DNA of 64,000 nt from Cyanophora paradoxa CCMP329 (Eukaryota; Plantae; Glaucophyta). The stretch's first letter is position 1. Each line of letters opens with the position of its first letter. The stretch is from assembly GCA_004431415.1 (NCBI GenBank), contig QPMI01000157.1, positions 62,001-126,000 of the forward strand, in the 5' to 3' direction. This document shows, piece by piece, positions 25,761 through 38,400 of this stretch. A program made the translations under genes and the position numbers. The notes below the pieces were generated by a model. The model did no database searches and was not told the origin of the DNA. It saw only the letters and a list, made by a program, of their open reading frames with translations.

Positions 25761-28700
25761 ATGCCGGCCGTCCTCTCACGTTTCGCTTTAAATCCGGACC
25801 ATTCGCCACCAAATCTATGGAATAGAAGCTGTCTGCGCCCAGGGGAAGCCCTCTGGCGCGTGCCTCGCGCCCAGATAAAAAGTTTCAAATTTTCCCTCGC
25901 CCTCGCCACCGAATCCCTTGCACTGGCGGCGCCGGGACCACACCTGCCTTCTAGCGCTAGCTATAGCTCTAACTCTCAAAAACACCCCTCCGTCGCCGCG
26001 CTTCGTCGTTCGGCCCGCCGGGAATTTGGATTTTGCTCGGAGGCCCGCCGGGCGCCCACGGAATTTGATCTCCGACTTTCGAGTCGTGATTCGGAATGTC
26101 CCTTCGCCGATCGAGCTTTTCCCGGACCCGGGTCAAGCTCCGGCGATTCAGTCGTGCCTGCTCTGCGAACGGTGCCGATCCATTCCAGTCCGAACAGTCC
26201 CTGCCGGCGCCCTCGCCGTGCCCCTGCAAGAAGCTCTAGTGACGCTAGCGAATCTCTGTCTCCGATTCTGCACGATGACGCTCGCGTCTTCGTTGCGCAG
26301 CAGCAGAATCCATTCACCGCCGCGGGAGCTGGCCCAGCGCCGCCGATCCCTGTCCACAACGCGTATGACGGCCTGGATCTCGATGAACTCGGTACAACGG
26401 ACATCGCAGCTGCGAACGCAGCGGCTATCGCTGCAATCGGCAGCACCGATGACAGTCAGAGCGCGCCCAGCCCGACTCTCGGCCTGTCGCGTGTGCGCAT
26501 CTCGGACCGCGAGTCGAGCGAGGAGCCGCCGGCAAAGACGCCGCGCACAGCGTTCATCGAAACAGGAGCGTCCTCAGCGGCAGCCGAAGTCATTGCCAAG
26601 GTCGTTGGCGAGTACGCCGGCAGCAATCCAACAGCACCAGTAGGCACGGTCGTTACGCACGTAGCGGCAACGTCGCCTCTCTGGCGCCACCTAGCAGCGG
26701 AAGACTACAGCAACTCCTATGCGCAGTACCTTCGGAATGGCTCCAACACGCTGGGCATCTCGCTCAGCGAGTCGCTGGACACGATCGCCCGCGAGTTCAA
26801 CATCAACCGCGACATCGTGGGCGAGATCAGCGGCAAGATAGAGAATGAGATCCGAGCCAAGCACCCGAAAGCGGTGGAGGCTGCAGGTGCGCTGAACACA
26901 CATGATCATGCGTATCTGATGGACGCTGAGATGCTTTGCGCGTCTGCAGACAAGGAACTCGCCGACATCGCCAGCGAGCTGGAACAGGACCCGCTCAACC
27001 TGAACGTACCACTGGTTCCACCGTGCGCATCTCATACATGTAGATGCTGTACAGACGGCGGCCCTGAACCGGAACGCAGCGGCGGCGCCTCGGGCTCGGC
27101 GGCGGCGGCGGCGGCGGACGGCCAGCGTGACCCGACACCCGGCAGCAGGTGCGCGAACGTGCGATTAGATTTACAACAGCACGCAGTTGCTTACCGGGTT
27201 TTTGCGGGTAGCGAGCGCCCCCCAACTCGAGAAAGCGCGACAGCGAACCGTGGAGCATCGCCCGCCGCGCCCGCCGCTGGCCCGTCAAGCCTGTGGGTCC
27301 AGAAAGACTGCCCTGACATCATCGAGGATCCTCTTACCTTCCGATTGGAGATCAAGTATGAGGACGTGGCTGCTGCAGCGGGCGTCACTGCTGCCGGCGA
27401 CGTCTACGCCCCGGAAGCGGTAACCAAGGCGAAGGAGCACTTGAAGGGCGTGCTCCAGAAGCACAAGGGTCGGCTCAATCATGATCCGAACAGCCGCAAG
27501 CTCACGGTGGCCGGCGACCACTCAGTCTTCGAGTTGAACGCGTCGGACCAGCGCTCCTACCAGGCGTTCCTCGCCCTGCACCGCACGGACCCCGACTCGC
27601 TCCGTTTGCCGGCTGTCAAGGGCGGCCGGCCCGAGTCCTTCGCGCACTTCCTCCCCCGATACGACAAGAAGCGCACGGGGCTCAACAAGTTCGTGATGCA
27701 GGTAAGCTCGCCACCGCCCCTAAAAGAAGGAACAACCAAGCATAAACGAAGGCCGCGGTGTGCTTGCGCTGAAACCTTGGTCACGGTGCAGGCTATCGAC
27801 CTGCCGCCTGACATCCCCGAAGGCGAAGTGGTCCGCAAGGTCGAGAGCATCATCAAAGCGGAGATGCGGCAAACCGCTGCAACGTTCAAGAAGGAGCGCG
27901 GCTACCTGATATCCGAGATCGCCGTATTCGCGGAGCGCGGCCCCGAGCGGGACAAGAAACCGAACAGCATCCAAGCACTGCATACCACAAACCGAGTGCG
28001 CCGCCCTCAGCGAGCCAGGGCGATGCCGGACGCGCGGCCCGCTGCGAACGCCGGGGCGCAGGTTGTGTTCGCGGTGCCCCCATCCCAGGACCTGGTCGAC
28101 AAGCTCGCTGGCATGCACCCGTGGCCGGAGCAGCGCATCATGCTGAATCTGATCCGAGGCACTGCTCCGCCGGCACGGATGGAGCGCGCACAGCACTTCA
28201 CGATGCTGCACGTCCCCTCGACGATGAACCTGGCCGACGAGAACTTTGCCGTGATCCTCAAAGGCCTCGGGACGGTGCACGAGCCCTCCTCCTTCACAGC
28301 ATTTCGGCGAAGGCAGGCGCTCACAGCGAACGCGCAGACTCGAGTCGTCTGGCCCGGCCATTGCAAGGCCGAGAACGCGCTGGTCACCTCCACCCCCCAG
28401 CCAACGGGCCAGTCGTACGGCAAGCCGAGCCTGTACTTCACGACGACGAACTGGGCGCGCTCCCCGTTCGTCCACCTTGAAGTAAGCCCCGCGAAGCAGC
28501 CGCAAGTTGCAGCCCGCTTCTTCGGCCCGGGAACGGCGAACACGGTGGCGGCGCCAATCGACCTGGTGAAGAAGGCCTACGAGCTCTGTGGCGAGGGCCG
28601 GCCGGGGAGCTCGCCAGCGCAGGTAGCGGAGAAACTGGTGGCCCCGGCGACCCCCGTGCCCCTTCCAGGGATCGGCGGCGTCCTCCTGGCGAACCGATTC

Positions 28701-29086
28701 GTCGTCATCCCGTACGAGGTCAGTGGGGCACTTTGCATGCATGATCGATCGCAAGAGCTGACCAGACCTGCGCGCAGCCATTCCCGTGCGAGCGCTGCAG
28801 CTCGCCAACGGACGGCCTGGCGCAGGCGGTGGCGGTGCGAGTGGCGCAGCGGGGCTTCACGTTCCACCACGACTTCAAGGGCTACCCCCTCTGCGGCCGC
28901 GCCTTCGACGCCGAGCAAGTCCGGCAGCAACCGGTGGCCCAGGCCACTGCGAGCCAGCAGCCCCGCCGGGCGGTTCGTGCGGCGCGCGAAGTCCCGGCAC
29001 ACCAGCGCATGTACGACCAAATTATGCAAGCCGGCGCTGCTGGCCTCCGCCCGACTTCCCTTGGCAAGCGACCGCTGCCGCAGTAG
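25761..29086 (+). CDS. LINE ORF1-like protein, probably spliced; true start uncertain
   Basis: Long ORF upstream of ORF2. Removing putative introns gives RRM-like KFVMQ|AIDLPPDIPEGEV and Cys/His motif IPYE|PFPCERC...HHDF...C, ending at stop 29086. Confidence 0.65.
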
Positions 29087-29263
29087 GCCTAGCTACAGCC
29101 ATTGTCCCCAGTGCTCCAGTGAGAGCCCCTTTACCCACAGAACACTTGTCTGTAGCTTTCCCGCCCTTGATTCGATAAACCGCCATGCTGAAGATTGTCT
29201 TCCAGTGCGCGTACACGAGGGCACTGGGATGGTACACAACATCAACCACTGTACTGTACCCAA

Positions 29264-32200
29264 ATGAAAAAGAAAACTAAATCTGCGGCCGCGGCCCCCG
29301 CGGCACCAAAAGCAGCTCCAAAACCTAAGGCGCCCGGCAGCAAGCCAACGGGCCAAAAGAAACAAAATGCGACCAAGCTGCAGCTGAACAACAAGGCGGC
29401 GGGCGCGGCGCCCGCGGGATCTGGGCAGGCGGCCGCGACGCTTCGGCTGGAGAACGTCTTCCCCCCTAGCATGTTTCCCGAAGGTGGCGACTTCATAGGG
29501 GACGAACCGGCTATCAGGAAGCAGAAACCGGACGGGGTGCTGAGGACCATGACCTTCAACACGAGAGGCTCCAGCGCCTACAAGCTGCAGCAGCTAGAAG
29601 AGTTCTGCTGCCGCTGGGATGTCGATGTAGCGGGCGTGCAGGAGCTGTCGATGACAAGGCCCCAGATGGCCGCCGCCCTGAGGTCGAGAGGGGAGGACCC
29701 GCTCCAGCCGGAAGGTGCGATAACGCACGGAAAGCTCCTGTACACGCTAAAATCAGGAGACGGAACGCGAGGGAGCGGCGCCGCTCTCTGGGTCGCGCCG
29801 CAATGGGTCAAGCACCTCACGACGAAGTACGAGGTCCAGGGCCGGCTGATCGGGTTCGAGCTCCGCTTCAAAGGGAACCTCCAGCTCTTCGTGGCGAGCG
29901 TGTACATGCCCGCGACCGAGAGCAAAGCTGCGCACCGCCAGGATCAGGAGAAGGTCGTCGAAGAACTGACGAAGATGTACGACGACTTCTACGAGCGTGA
30001 CAACGCGCACCTGCTGCTCCTGGGAGACTGGAACTCGGTCCCGGTCCCGTCGAGCTCACGCATCCGAAACGGCGCCCTGGCCCAGAGCCACAAAGCCGAA
30101 CGGAAGTGGTGGCACACGATGATCGACTCGTGGGACCTGCGCGACGCCGGGATGTCACACGCGGCGAAACATGATGACGGAACTCTCTGCGGAGCACGCG
30201 AGATCACGCACCGCACCCCGCACGGAAGCAAGGGCCAAGGAGCGTCGGTCGGGGCGGCGGTGGCACCTGTACCGTCAGACGGAGTAGACGGGTCAGAGGG
30301 CGCGGAACGCGAAGCCGAGGAGGAAACGCCGGCTGACCTACCAAAAGACGCGCTCTGGCACGCGGCGCGCATCGATGCAGTGCTGGTCTCGGAATCACTG
30401 GATCACGCGCTCCTCAGCGCGCACACATGCCCCGCGTGGGTCGATGCGCCGCACGACTCAGACCACTATCCAGCGTTCGCGGACTTCGACCTGAAGGAGG
30501 CGGGCATGACAGCGCCGGTGGGACCGAAGCCAGAACCGAAACCCGGGCCACCAGTGTTTGACCCGGACGGCCTGAAGCGCACACAAAACGAAAAAGATGA
30601 GCTGAAAAGAGAGCTAAACAGGCAGCTCGGCGAAGCCGTCGGGGCGGACCTCGACGCCGTCGGCGAGGGCACGCCGGAAGAGCGTCTCGAGCGACTGAGC
30701 CGCATCCACGCTGCGAGCGCGAGCCTTGTTCAGGAGGTGGCAAAGGAACATCTATGCATGAGGGGCCGAGGGGGGAAGCCGACCAAGCCGCGCAACCTGC
30801 CGTGGCAGGCGAAGGCCGACGCCAGAGTTGCCCGCATTCTCGCTGCCTGGAGGAAGGAACCAGGCGGGATCCCGTCGGAGCTGACGGTCCAGGCGATCGA
30901 GAAACTGCTGCACTACGTGACCGCCAGGGAAGGCCTCCGACCCTTCCCGCTCCGTCCGGCTGAACGGCGCCAAGCGAGGGCTGAACAAGGCTCACCGCCG
31001 CCCGGATCCCCGTATGCGCACTCGAGCTCGCACAGCTCACAAGGCTCGCGCAGCGGTAGCCCCGCGCCGGTTCCAGCCGTACCCCCCGCGGCTGATCAGC
31101 AAGAGGACTGGGCCGAGATGCACCGGCGGCAGCTCAAAGAAGACTGGGCGACCTTCTTCCGGGAGCTGAAAGTATGGCGAAACCGGACGCGGCACGACCT
31201 GCAGAAAATCCGCCGGGCGCTCCAGGCGGAGGACGTTGAGAGGGCATTAAAAGAGAGGCTAGACAAGTTCATGGACGGCCGCCAGCTCGGATCCTATATA
31301 GCCGCGGTGCTAGAAAAGCCGCGGAACCGCCCGATCATGCACATCACGCGTGTATCCAAGGACGGAAAAACGTATGAAATCTACACGGAGCCTGAGGAAG
31401 TGAAACGACTCCTAAAAGAGCACTGGCGGAAATGGTGCCGGCGCCGACGCCCACGCGTGGGCTGCACCCCAGAGACAATACCGGAAAGCGCGCTGAAGGA
31501 TAGCATGGGGAAAGAACTGCTCGACTTCTGGAGGCTGGAATACGAGCCAAAAGCATACGCGGACCCTGCACTATTCCGAAACGACATGTCGGTGCCGAGC
31601 GAAGGCGAGCTCGGCGACTACATTAAAACGCTAAGAAACACGGCAGCCGGGCCGTCGAACTTCTCGTATGCTATGGTGAAGTTCCTATGGGCGCCGGTGC
31701 CCAAGCCGAGGCCCAAAGACGGGAAGGGCGACGAGGCCGGTGGCCCAGCGCCGGAGGGCCCGAGCCCAGCCGACGAGAGCGCCGAGGAGGCCACGGAAGC
31801 GGAGCCCGTACACTGGGGCCGGAAGCTGCTGCTCGCGCTGGTGGCTGAAGCGATCCGCCTCCGGGACCTGCCGGATGCCGTGTGTCAGGGCAACATCCTC
31901 GGCATTACTAAGAGCCGGGAGTGGGACGGGGATATCGAAAATAACCTGCGACCGATCACCCTGCAGGAGGTGGCCCTGAAGCTGACCACTGGCCTCCTGA
32001 ACGCGCGCCTGTCCCGGACAATCCATCAGAACGGGCTCCTGAAAGGGGCCAACTACGGCTTCAGACCTGGTTGCTCGACGGACGACGCCCTTCACGTCTT
32101 TAACGCAGTTCTCGAGGACGCGAAGGAGTTCAAGAAGCCTCTGTACATCCTGCTGCAGGATATCAGGCGAGCGTACGACTCCGTCTCGTGGGAGAGCATG

Positions 32201-32995
32201 GAGCTCTCGATGCGGAGGCTGAACGTACCCGAGGGGTACATCGAGCTCCACAGGAACATATTCCGGCGCCGCAGGGCGCGGGCAATCTCCGGTCACGGCC
32301 TCTCCGACGAGTTCGAGCTCGAGTGCGGACTGCCGCAGGGCGGCGTCGAGTCGCCGCTGCACTGGCTGATCTTCTACGATGCCCTCCTCTGCGCGCAAGA
32401 GCGCCTGGATCAGCACGAGCGCCAGCACGGAAAGAAGACGGCAAAGACGATAGAGCACTATGCCCACCCCGAGAGCTGGGAGGAGCCGGGCACGGCGTAC
32501 GTGATGGGGAACCCGAGGGAGACCGATGCTGCGGAACGCGAGGGCCGGGCCCGCGTCAGCGGCGTGGCGTACGCCGACGACACGAAGTGGATGAGCGGCA
32601 GCATGCGGGGGCTGCAGGCCCAGGCCGACGTGGCCGGTGAGTTCTTCCGCCTGCACGATATCGAGGTCAACGCAAAGAAGACGATTTTCACGTGGAACAA
32701 CGCACGTCGCGAGGTTGAGAGCAAACCTGGGGCCCACCCCGCCGCGAAGAAGAAGGAGAAGCAGCCCTCCCCGCCGAAGATCAACGGTACCCCCGTCGGA
32801 CTTGTCCGCCAGCCCCACGAGCACTTCAAGCTCCTCGGGGTATACATGAGCGCAAACCTGAACTGGGATCGTCAGTGGCAGTACATCTGCGATCAGGCGC
32901 GAGGCGCAGTCGCGCTGATAGAACGCAAGAAGCTCACCGCGAACGAGGCCTGCTACCTTGTCGAGGCCGTAGTACAGGCCCGCATCTCGTACGGC
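29264..32995 (+). CDS. LINE ORF2, 5' part: AP endonuclease + reverse transcriptase
   Basis: APE motifs TFNTRG, GVQE, VYMP, LGDWNS, RIDAV, SDH; RT motifs RPITL, NYGFRPG, QDIRRAYDSV, GLPQG, SPL, AYADD, KLLGV. Confidence 0.95.
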
Positions 32996-33142
32996 ACACA
33001 TAGGGATATGCCAGATCCAAGCCCTCGGGCTTCGCCCTCTGGCTTGGATCTGGCATATCCCTATGTGTGCGCGTTTTAAGCACTAGGGTAGTAAGCATCT
33101 ATTTTAGGTCTTAGGGTATTAAATATGTCTTTTTGGCACCAG
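32996..33142 (+). repeat. Left terminal inverted repeat with terminal hairpin (32996-33068)
   Basis: Imperfect reverse complement of 63155-63303; arms 32996-33023 and 33041-33068 are perfectly complementary. Confidence 0.95.
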
Positions 33143-33147
33143 CAAGG

Positions 33148-33260
33148 GGTGTTGAGGGTGTTGAGGGTGTTGAGGGTTGTTTGTAAACTTTCTTATGAAA
33201 ATTCTCTCTCGCGGGAATTTTTACATATAACCCTCAACACCCTCAACACTCTCAACACCC
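33148..33260. repeat. Left subterminal inverted 9-mer array around an AT-rich core
   Basis: (gggtgttga)x3 ... (tcaacaccc)x3. Confidence 0.9.
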
Positions 33261-33264
33261 TCTC

Positions 33265-33675
33265 TTAAACCTCAAATCTCCTCTTCTCATGGTGTAATCT
33301 CTTTTTGATCACTGCCCCAAAACCAATAGCATATTTGCTTATCTCCTCCTCCAGCTCGAAAGCAATTAAACTTGTATTCCTTTCTGCCTGTTTTCCACAG
33401 CTGAATATATCTATTGCTAACATGCCTTGATCACTGTAGCAATGAGCAGAGCAATGGCTTTCATCTAATAATAATACTTGGGCAAATCCAGGGGGTGATT
33501 TGGTGCCATCAAATATCTCAGCATGTTTGTGGACAACCTGGATTCCATATTTCTTGATGATGTCTTCACTGACATTTATGAGCCATTTAGAGAGCCCCAC
33601 ATGGTCGCTAATTGGTTGGCTGAATTGAAAGTCAAGCATCACATGGTAGCCTTTGGCAAGCATTTTGAATACCAA
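33265..33675 (-). CDS. speD: S-adenosylmethionine decarboxylase proenzyme family (small prokaryotic type)
   Basis: GYHVMLD...PPGFAQVLLLDESHCSAHCY...LAIDIFSCG, including the E-SH pyruvoyl cleavage motif. Confidence 0.88.
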   Translation of the reverse strand: MVFKMLAKGYHVMLDFQFSQPISDHVGLSKWLINVSEDIIKKYGIQVVHKHAEIFDGTKSPPGFAQVLLLDESHCSAHCYSDQGMLAIDIFSCGKQAERNTSLIAFELEEEISKYAIGFGAVIKKRLHHEKRRFEV

Positions 33676-33708
33676 TAGCTAAGAAAAAACAATAAGATAT
33701 CTGACGAT

Positions 33709-34554
33709 TTAAGGCAAAGGATCACTTCCACCAATGGGATTGTATAAATTGGTGGTTAGATATTGACCATATCTATTTCCTCTGGCTATTTCATCATTTC
33801 TTTCAGCATACATAATCACTGTGTAAGTCCCTTGTTGTGTGGCTCTTATAATATATTGGTCATCTTGTGTGTCAAGTAGGGGCAATGAATGAAAAGCAAG
33901 ACCGAAATTATCTACTGGGACTACTTGGACTGTAATACGGGGTCTTGCTCCATCAGTTCGTCTACATAATGAGTAAATATCAGCAGGCAACGTCTCAGTA
34001 TATCTATAATGATTTCCCAAAGGCTCTAAAATATCAAGAAAAGCAGTCTGAAGGTTGATAATGATTGTGTTGATTTTGATAATGTAAGGCTCATTCATTC
34101 CCGGGACATATGTCCTGATTCTTGTATTCACATCATCTGGATTGGGTTGATCATTTACTAATAAAGGCGCTCCAATAATTCCACCAACCCTTAAACCATC
34201 TCCAATATAGGCACCTCCTGACCTACATTTAATTGCTCCCCTTCTTGCTTCGTAGGCAAAATTGGTTACCTTGTTATCATCATTGTAACTATCAGGATCC
34301 CCATGAAATGCGTTGAAATTCGCATTTGTTACAAGAAGTTTAGTAGTTTTAACGACCCCATTATTTTTGTCACATCTTAACTCTTTTAGTCTTAGCATGT
34401 GAGTGTCACCAAAAGTATTCAGAGTTGGGGCTATCTCTGTGGATTCGAGACCATCTATATTATCAATAATAGCATGCTGTAAGACGTGGTTAGCTGGAGC
34501 AGCTAATGATAGTTGCGCTGTTAAAATGCGCTCTGGTGGTGCTGGTGCCGCCAT
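33709..34554 (-). CDS. Hypothetical (possibly virion-associated) protein, paralogue of 34574-35419
   Basis: 281 aa; shares GLESTE, KELRxDKxxGVVKTTxLLVTNANF, RSGGA and RNDE with its neighbour. Confidence 0.75.
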   Translation of the reverse strand: MAAPAPPERILTAQLSLAAPANHVLQHAIIDNIDGLESTEIAPTLNTFGDTHMLRLKELRCDKNNGVVKTTKLLVTNANFNAFHGDPDSYNDDNKVTNFAYEARRGAIKCRSGGAYIGDGLRVGGIIGAPLLVNDQPNPDDVNTRIRTYVPGMNEPYIIKINTIIINLQTAFLDILEPLGNHYRYTETLPADIYSLCRRTDGARPRITVQVVPVDNFGLAFHSLPLLDTQDDQYIIRATQQGTYTVIMYAERNDEIARGNRYGQYLTTNLYNPIGGSDPLP

Positions 34555-34573
34555 TTAATATACTGAAACATAA

Positions 34574-35419
34574 TTACGGAATGGGATCATTCGGGAATGG
34601 TTCATTATAGAAATTCGATACTTGCGAATCGGGATTTATACAGTTGGCAACCGCCCATGCTGCTTCATCATTACGATATCCAAAAATCAATATATCATAA
34701 CCCCCTACCTCTGATGCCCAAAAATCGAAACTGTTTGGTTGGGTGGCAGGATTTCTTGTGATCCATCCACGCCCACCATGGCCTACTGCTTGAACAAAGA
34801 AAGTATAACCTTCTAATCCTCCATTCTGAGAGCGACACATAGAATACATTGCCTTAGGTAAAAGCTGATTAGCCAATTTCCAAGGTCCAGCAATACCTTG
34901 GGGTTGTGTGGCATCTTGCGTATTTACATTAGCTCTAATGATACCAAAAGCATACGGGGAATCCCCGCATGGAAGAAACATGCGAATTCTTTGGGGATTA
35001 TCAGCATGTTCAGGTAAAGTGTCCGGAAAATCATTGAAGGCAGCAGAAGAGCCAAGCATTCCCGATACTCTACAGCCACCACCAATTATTGCTCCTCCTG
35101 ATCTTATAACAGCAGCAGCCCTTGTATTGTCAAATTCAAATGCTTTGATATCTACACCATACGCATCAGGTTGTCCATTTGCTGATTGAAAATTCGCATT
35201 TGTTACAAGTAGTTGAGTTGTTTTCACCACTCCCGAACTTTTATCAGCTCTCAGTTCTTTTACACGAATCATGCTGTTTTTATCAAAAGCATTACCAGAA
35301 TTGGCTCGTTCTGTGGATTCAAGTCCACGAATTTCATCAGACACTTCGTGTTGTCTAAAATGAATTGCTGGACTCCCCAATGCGTAAACTGGTAATTGGA
35401 CTCGATTATATTCGCCCAT
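34574..35419 (-). CDS. Hypothetical (possibly virion-associated) protein, paralogue of 33709-34554
   Basis: 281 aa with the same shared motifs. Confidence 0.75.
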   Translation of the reverse strand: MGEYNRVQLPVYALGSPAIHFRQHEVSDEIRGLESTERANSGNAFDKNSMIRVKELRADKSSGVVKTTQLLVTNANFQSANGQPDAYGVDIKAFEFDNTRAAAVIRSGGAIIGGGCRVSGMLGSSAAFNDFPDTLPEHADNPQRIRMFLPCGDSPYAFGIIRANVNTQDATQPQGIAGPWKLANQLLPKAMYSMCRSQNGGLEGYTFFVQAVGHGGRGWITRNPATQPNSFDFWASEVGGYDILIFGYRNDEAAWAVANCINPDSQVSNFYNEPFPNDPIP

Positions 35420-35458
35420 TTCTTCTTTTATTAAGAAGGATAGAAAAATAAAGATTCA

Positions 35459-38400
35459 TCACGGAATTCCATATGCTGTCCAGTGAATTGTAAAGGTATA
35501 TGTCGTATTTGCTGTAGCAGTCGCATCAGTTAGCAAGGTAACATAAACTGTTGAAGAGGTAGAACTTGAATTTGATAATCCCAGTTTATAGTTAAGTGCT
35601 TGTGATGACACTGGGGTTCCCTCCATTATTAAACTAATGACAGGAGGTTTTGTGTTGAATGCTGGGTTCCAATTTAAGATATAAGTGGCTTCTCCACGGC
35701 TATTGGCATTGAGGGGTCCTATACTCATCTGGAAAGTCCCAGATAGAAACCTTTGCCTGATTTCATTCCATGTCAGGATTTTACTTAGACTATTTGTAGT
35801 TCCAGTGGCCACCTCATAGAAAGACCTCGCATAAACGTTGGTGTTCACACTGAGCTTGTCTACCAAAAGATTTGCTGAGAGCTGAGTATATGCTTCGGGA
35901 TACGTGTATGGAAAGTCAAGCCCAAATTTGAGCTTAAAGTAATATCTCATGAAACTCTTTTCAGTTGGAGATAAAGCCCGATTAAAAATTACAACTTCGG
36001 CTATCTCTCCTACATAGGAAGTGAATGAGAGTTCCTTTATTTTTATGGTCGGCATGTTTGACCAAAGGAAGCTTCCAGTAATTGAGGGAGATACATCTGC
36101 GCCATTCAACCCCATAGTTAGTGTTGTAGGGGTTAATTGAAAGTCGAACAACCCCCAAGAATTCAAGAAGCTTGTTGTTGAGACTTGTGTTAATGTGGAA
36201 GTGATAATACCAAGGGAATTTCCATTAACTGCTCCCAGTGTGATATATCTCCCGTATGTAGGGTCACTTGTGTCATCATTGGTAACTACAAAATGTGATT
36301 GGTTACCTGTGGCAGTGTGCTTTCTCACTGAAAATACAGTCATGCCACTGGCAAAAATGTTTGATAATGCTGTGGTGTACTGATGCCGATATCCAGAAGA
36401 ACTACTTGTGCTGACCATGTATTTATTTCCATTCAATGCTGTCCCACTGCTTATTGAGTTCTTGGATAAAGTGAACCCAGGGCTCATGTTTGGTAAGGCA
36501 AGTGGGAGCCCTTCTGCTCTGTTGACCATTGTTTCTAACAACGAGCCATTGACATCAGTTGAATTTGGGTACCAGTGGAACACACAATTGGATGTGAAAA
36601 GTGGATTAGTATATGAAAGGAGCTGGTCAATTGGTGGCGATGTAGAAATTGGATAGAACTTGATGGACTGCTCACCATTTATGATTGAAGGAGTGTAAAG
36701 GTTGCTTGAAACTACAAGGTTTGATGTTATTGTACCTCCCGTTCGGGGCAGATAGCTGCTGAGCCAGTCCCTTGTAACATTTGAAGTAACAAGTTGTGGA
36801 TTAATTTTTTCAGCTATCAATGCTTGAACGACATTTGAAGTGGTGTAAGGTTGAAGCCAGTTTTGAACAATGTTTGATGTGGGGATATTTGGCAAGGCTA
36901 CATTGCTATTCACAGTCAGCTTATTAAGTATAAGATTGGGGGTGGACACCTGTAGGAACTCATTTGAGGAGTAGGCTGGGCTGATTTGGGGAATTGGGTT
37001 GCTCAGACCATACTTTTGTGATAGATAGTAGCGGATAAAGCCCTTCTCATCAGCTGACAAAGCACGATTGTAAATAATTATTTCTGCCATTTGTCCTTGG
37101 AAGCTTTCTATCCCAATCTTTTGGATTGTGAGATTTGCCACTTCACTTAAATTGTAGTTGCCAGATAATGTGGGGGATAAATCAACACTGTTGATGCCTA
37201 CTGTGGTGATGTTTGAAGTGACATGATAGTCAAACAAAGTCCATTTGTCATAAAAGCTCGTGGCTGTGGATGCTGTGGAAGTTGCTTGATACACTCCATT
37301 TGTTTGATAACTCGTTATTCCAATAGATGTTTCTCCTGTGGTTCCAAATCTTATGTATCTGCTTGATGTTGGGTCACTATAAATTGTAAGATGGGCAGAA
37401 GCACTGCCAGAAGTCGAATAGTTTCTCCTCACAGTGAACATTGTCATCCCATTGCTGAATGGGTTTGCTATGTAGGGACTTGGTTGCGCCAAATAGGTTG
37501 AAACCCCTGTAACGCCAAATAGTTTATTCCCATTGATCAATGAGGCACTTAGCACAAAAGCCCCAGTTGAGACTTTAAGCCAAGAAGGCAAAGCATTGGG
37601 TTGCCCAGATGCCCTATTGGTGAGTTCTGGTATTGCTGTGCCTGATGGCTCATTTAAAGGATACCAGTGGAATACACAGTTTGGAGTAGACAGTGGATTT
37701 GTGTATGCTGAAAGGCGTTCCAAGGGAGGTATCAAGTTTTGTATTAGAACCAATTCTATGGATTGGCTACCACTTCTTATGTTATTTGTGTAAAGGTTGC
37801 CTGAAACTGAAAGATCAGATGTGATAGTTCCACCCGATTTGGGCAAATAGTTGCTCAACCACCCTTGTGTTATGTTTGAAGTCACCAAAGGGCTTATCCA
37901 TCCTTGAACTACATTTGATGCCATTAATGGAGCTATCCAATTTTGGACCACATTGGATGCCGTGAATGGAGCTATCCAATTTTGGACGACATTTGATGCT
38001 GTTAATGGAGCTATCCATCCTTGAACAACATTCGATGTTGGATGATGAGGAAGGTAAGCATTGCTTGTAACCGTGAGATAGTCTATCACTGTGTCGGGCG
38101 ATGTAATTTTCAACCCTCTGTAAATGGTTAGAGGTTGAGTGATTGGAAATCCATACATCATTTGGATGTAATATCTTACTTGTTGTTTTTCTGATGCGGT
38201 CAATGCTCTGTTGAAAACAAGCAGTTCACAAATACTTCCTGAAAAGCCATTGAACCCAAAATTGTTGAAGTTTGTATCAGGAAGATAATTGGTTCCTGTG
38301 ACAGTTCCAACATCAACACCATCTAACCCTACTGTGTAACTGTCAGAGGTAATAGTTTGGTCAATGTAATACCACTGGTTCAGCATTGATGGGACTGTTA

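Noticed and set aside
32996-33079. C-terminus of the 1294-aa ORF (THRDMPDP...)
   Set aside because: Read-through into the viral terminal hairpin; the real ORF2 continues at 63310.
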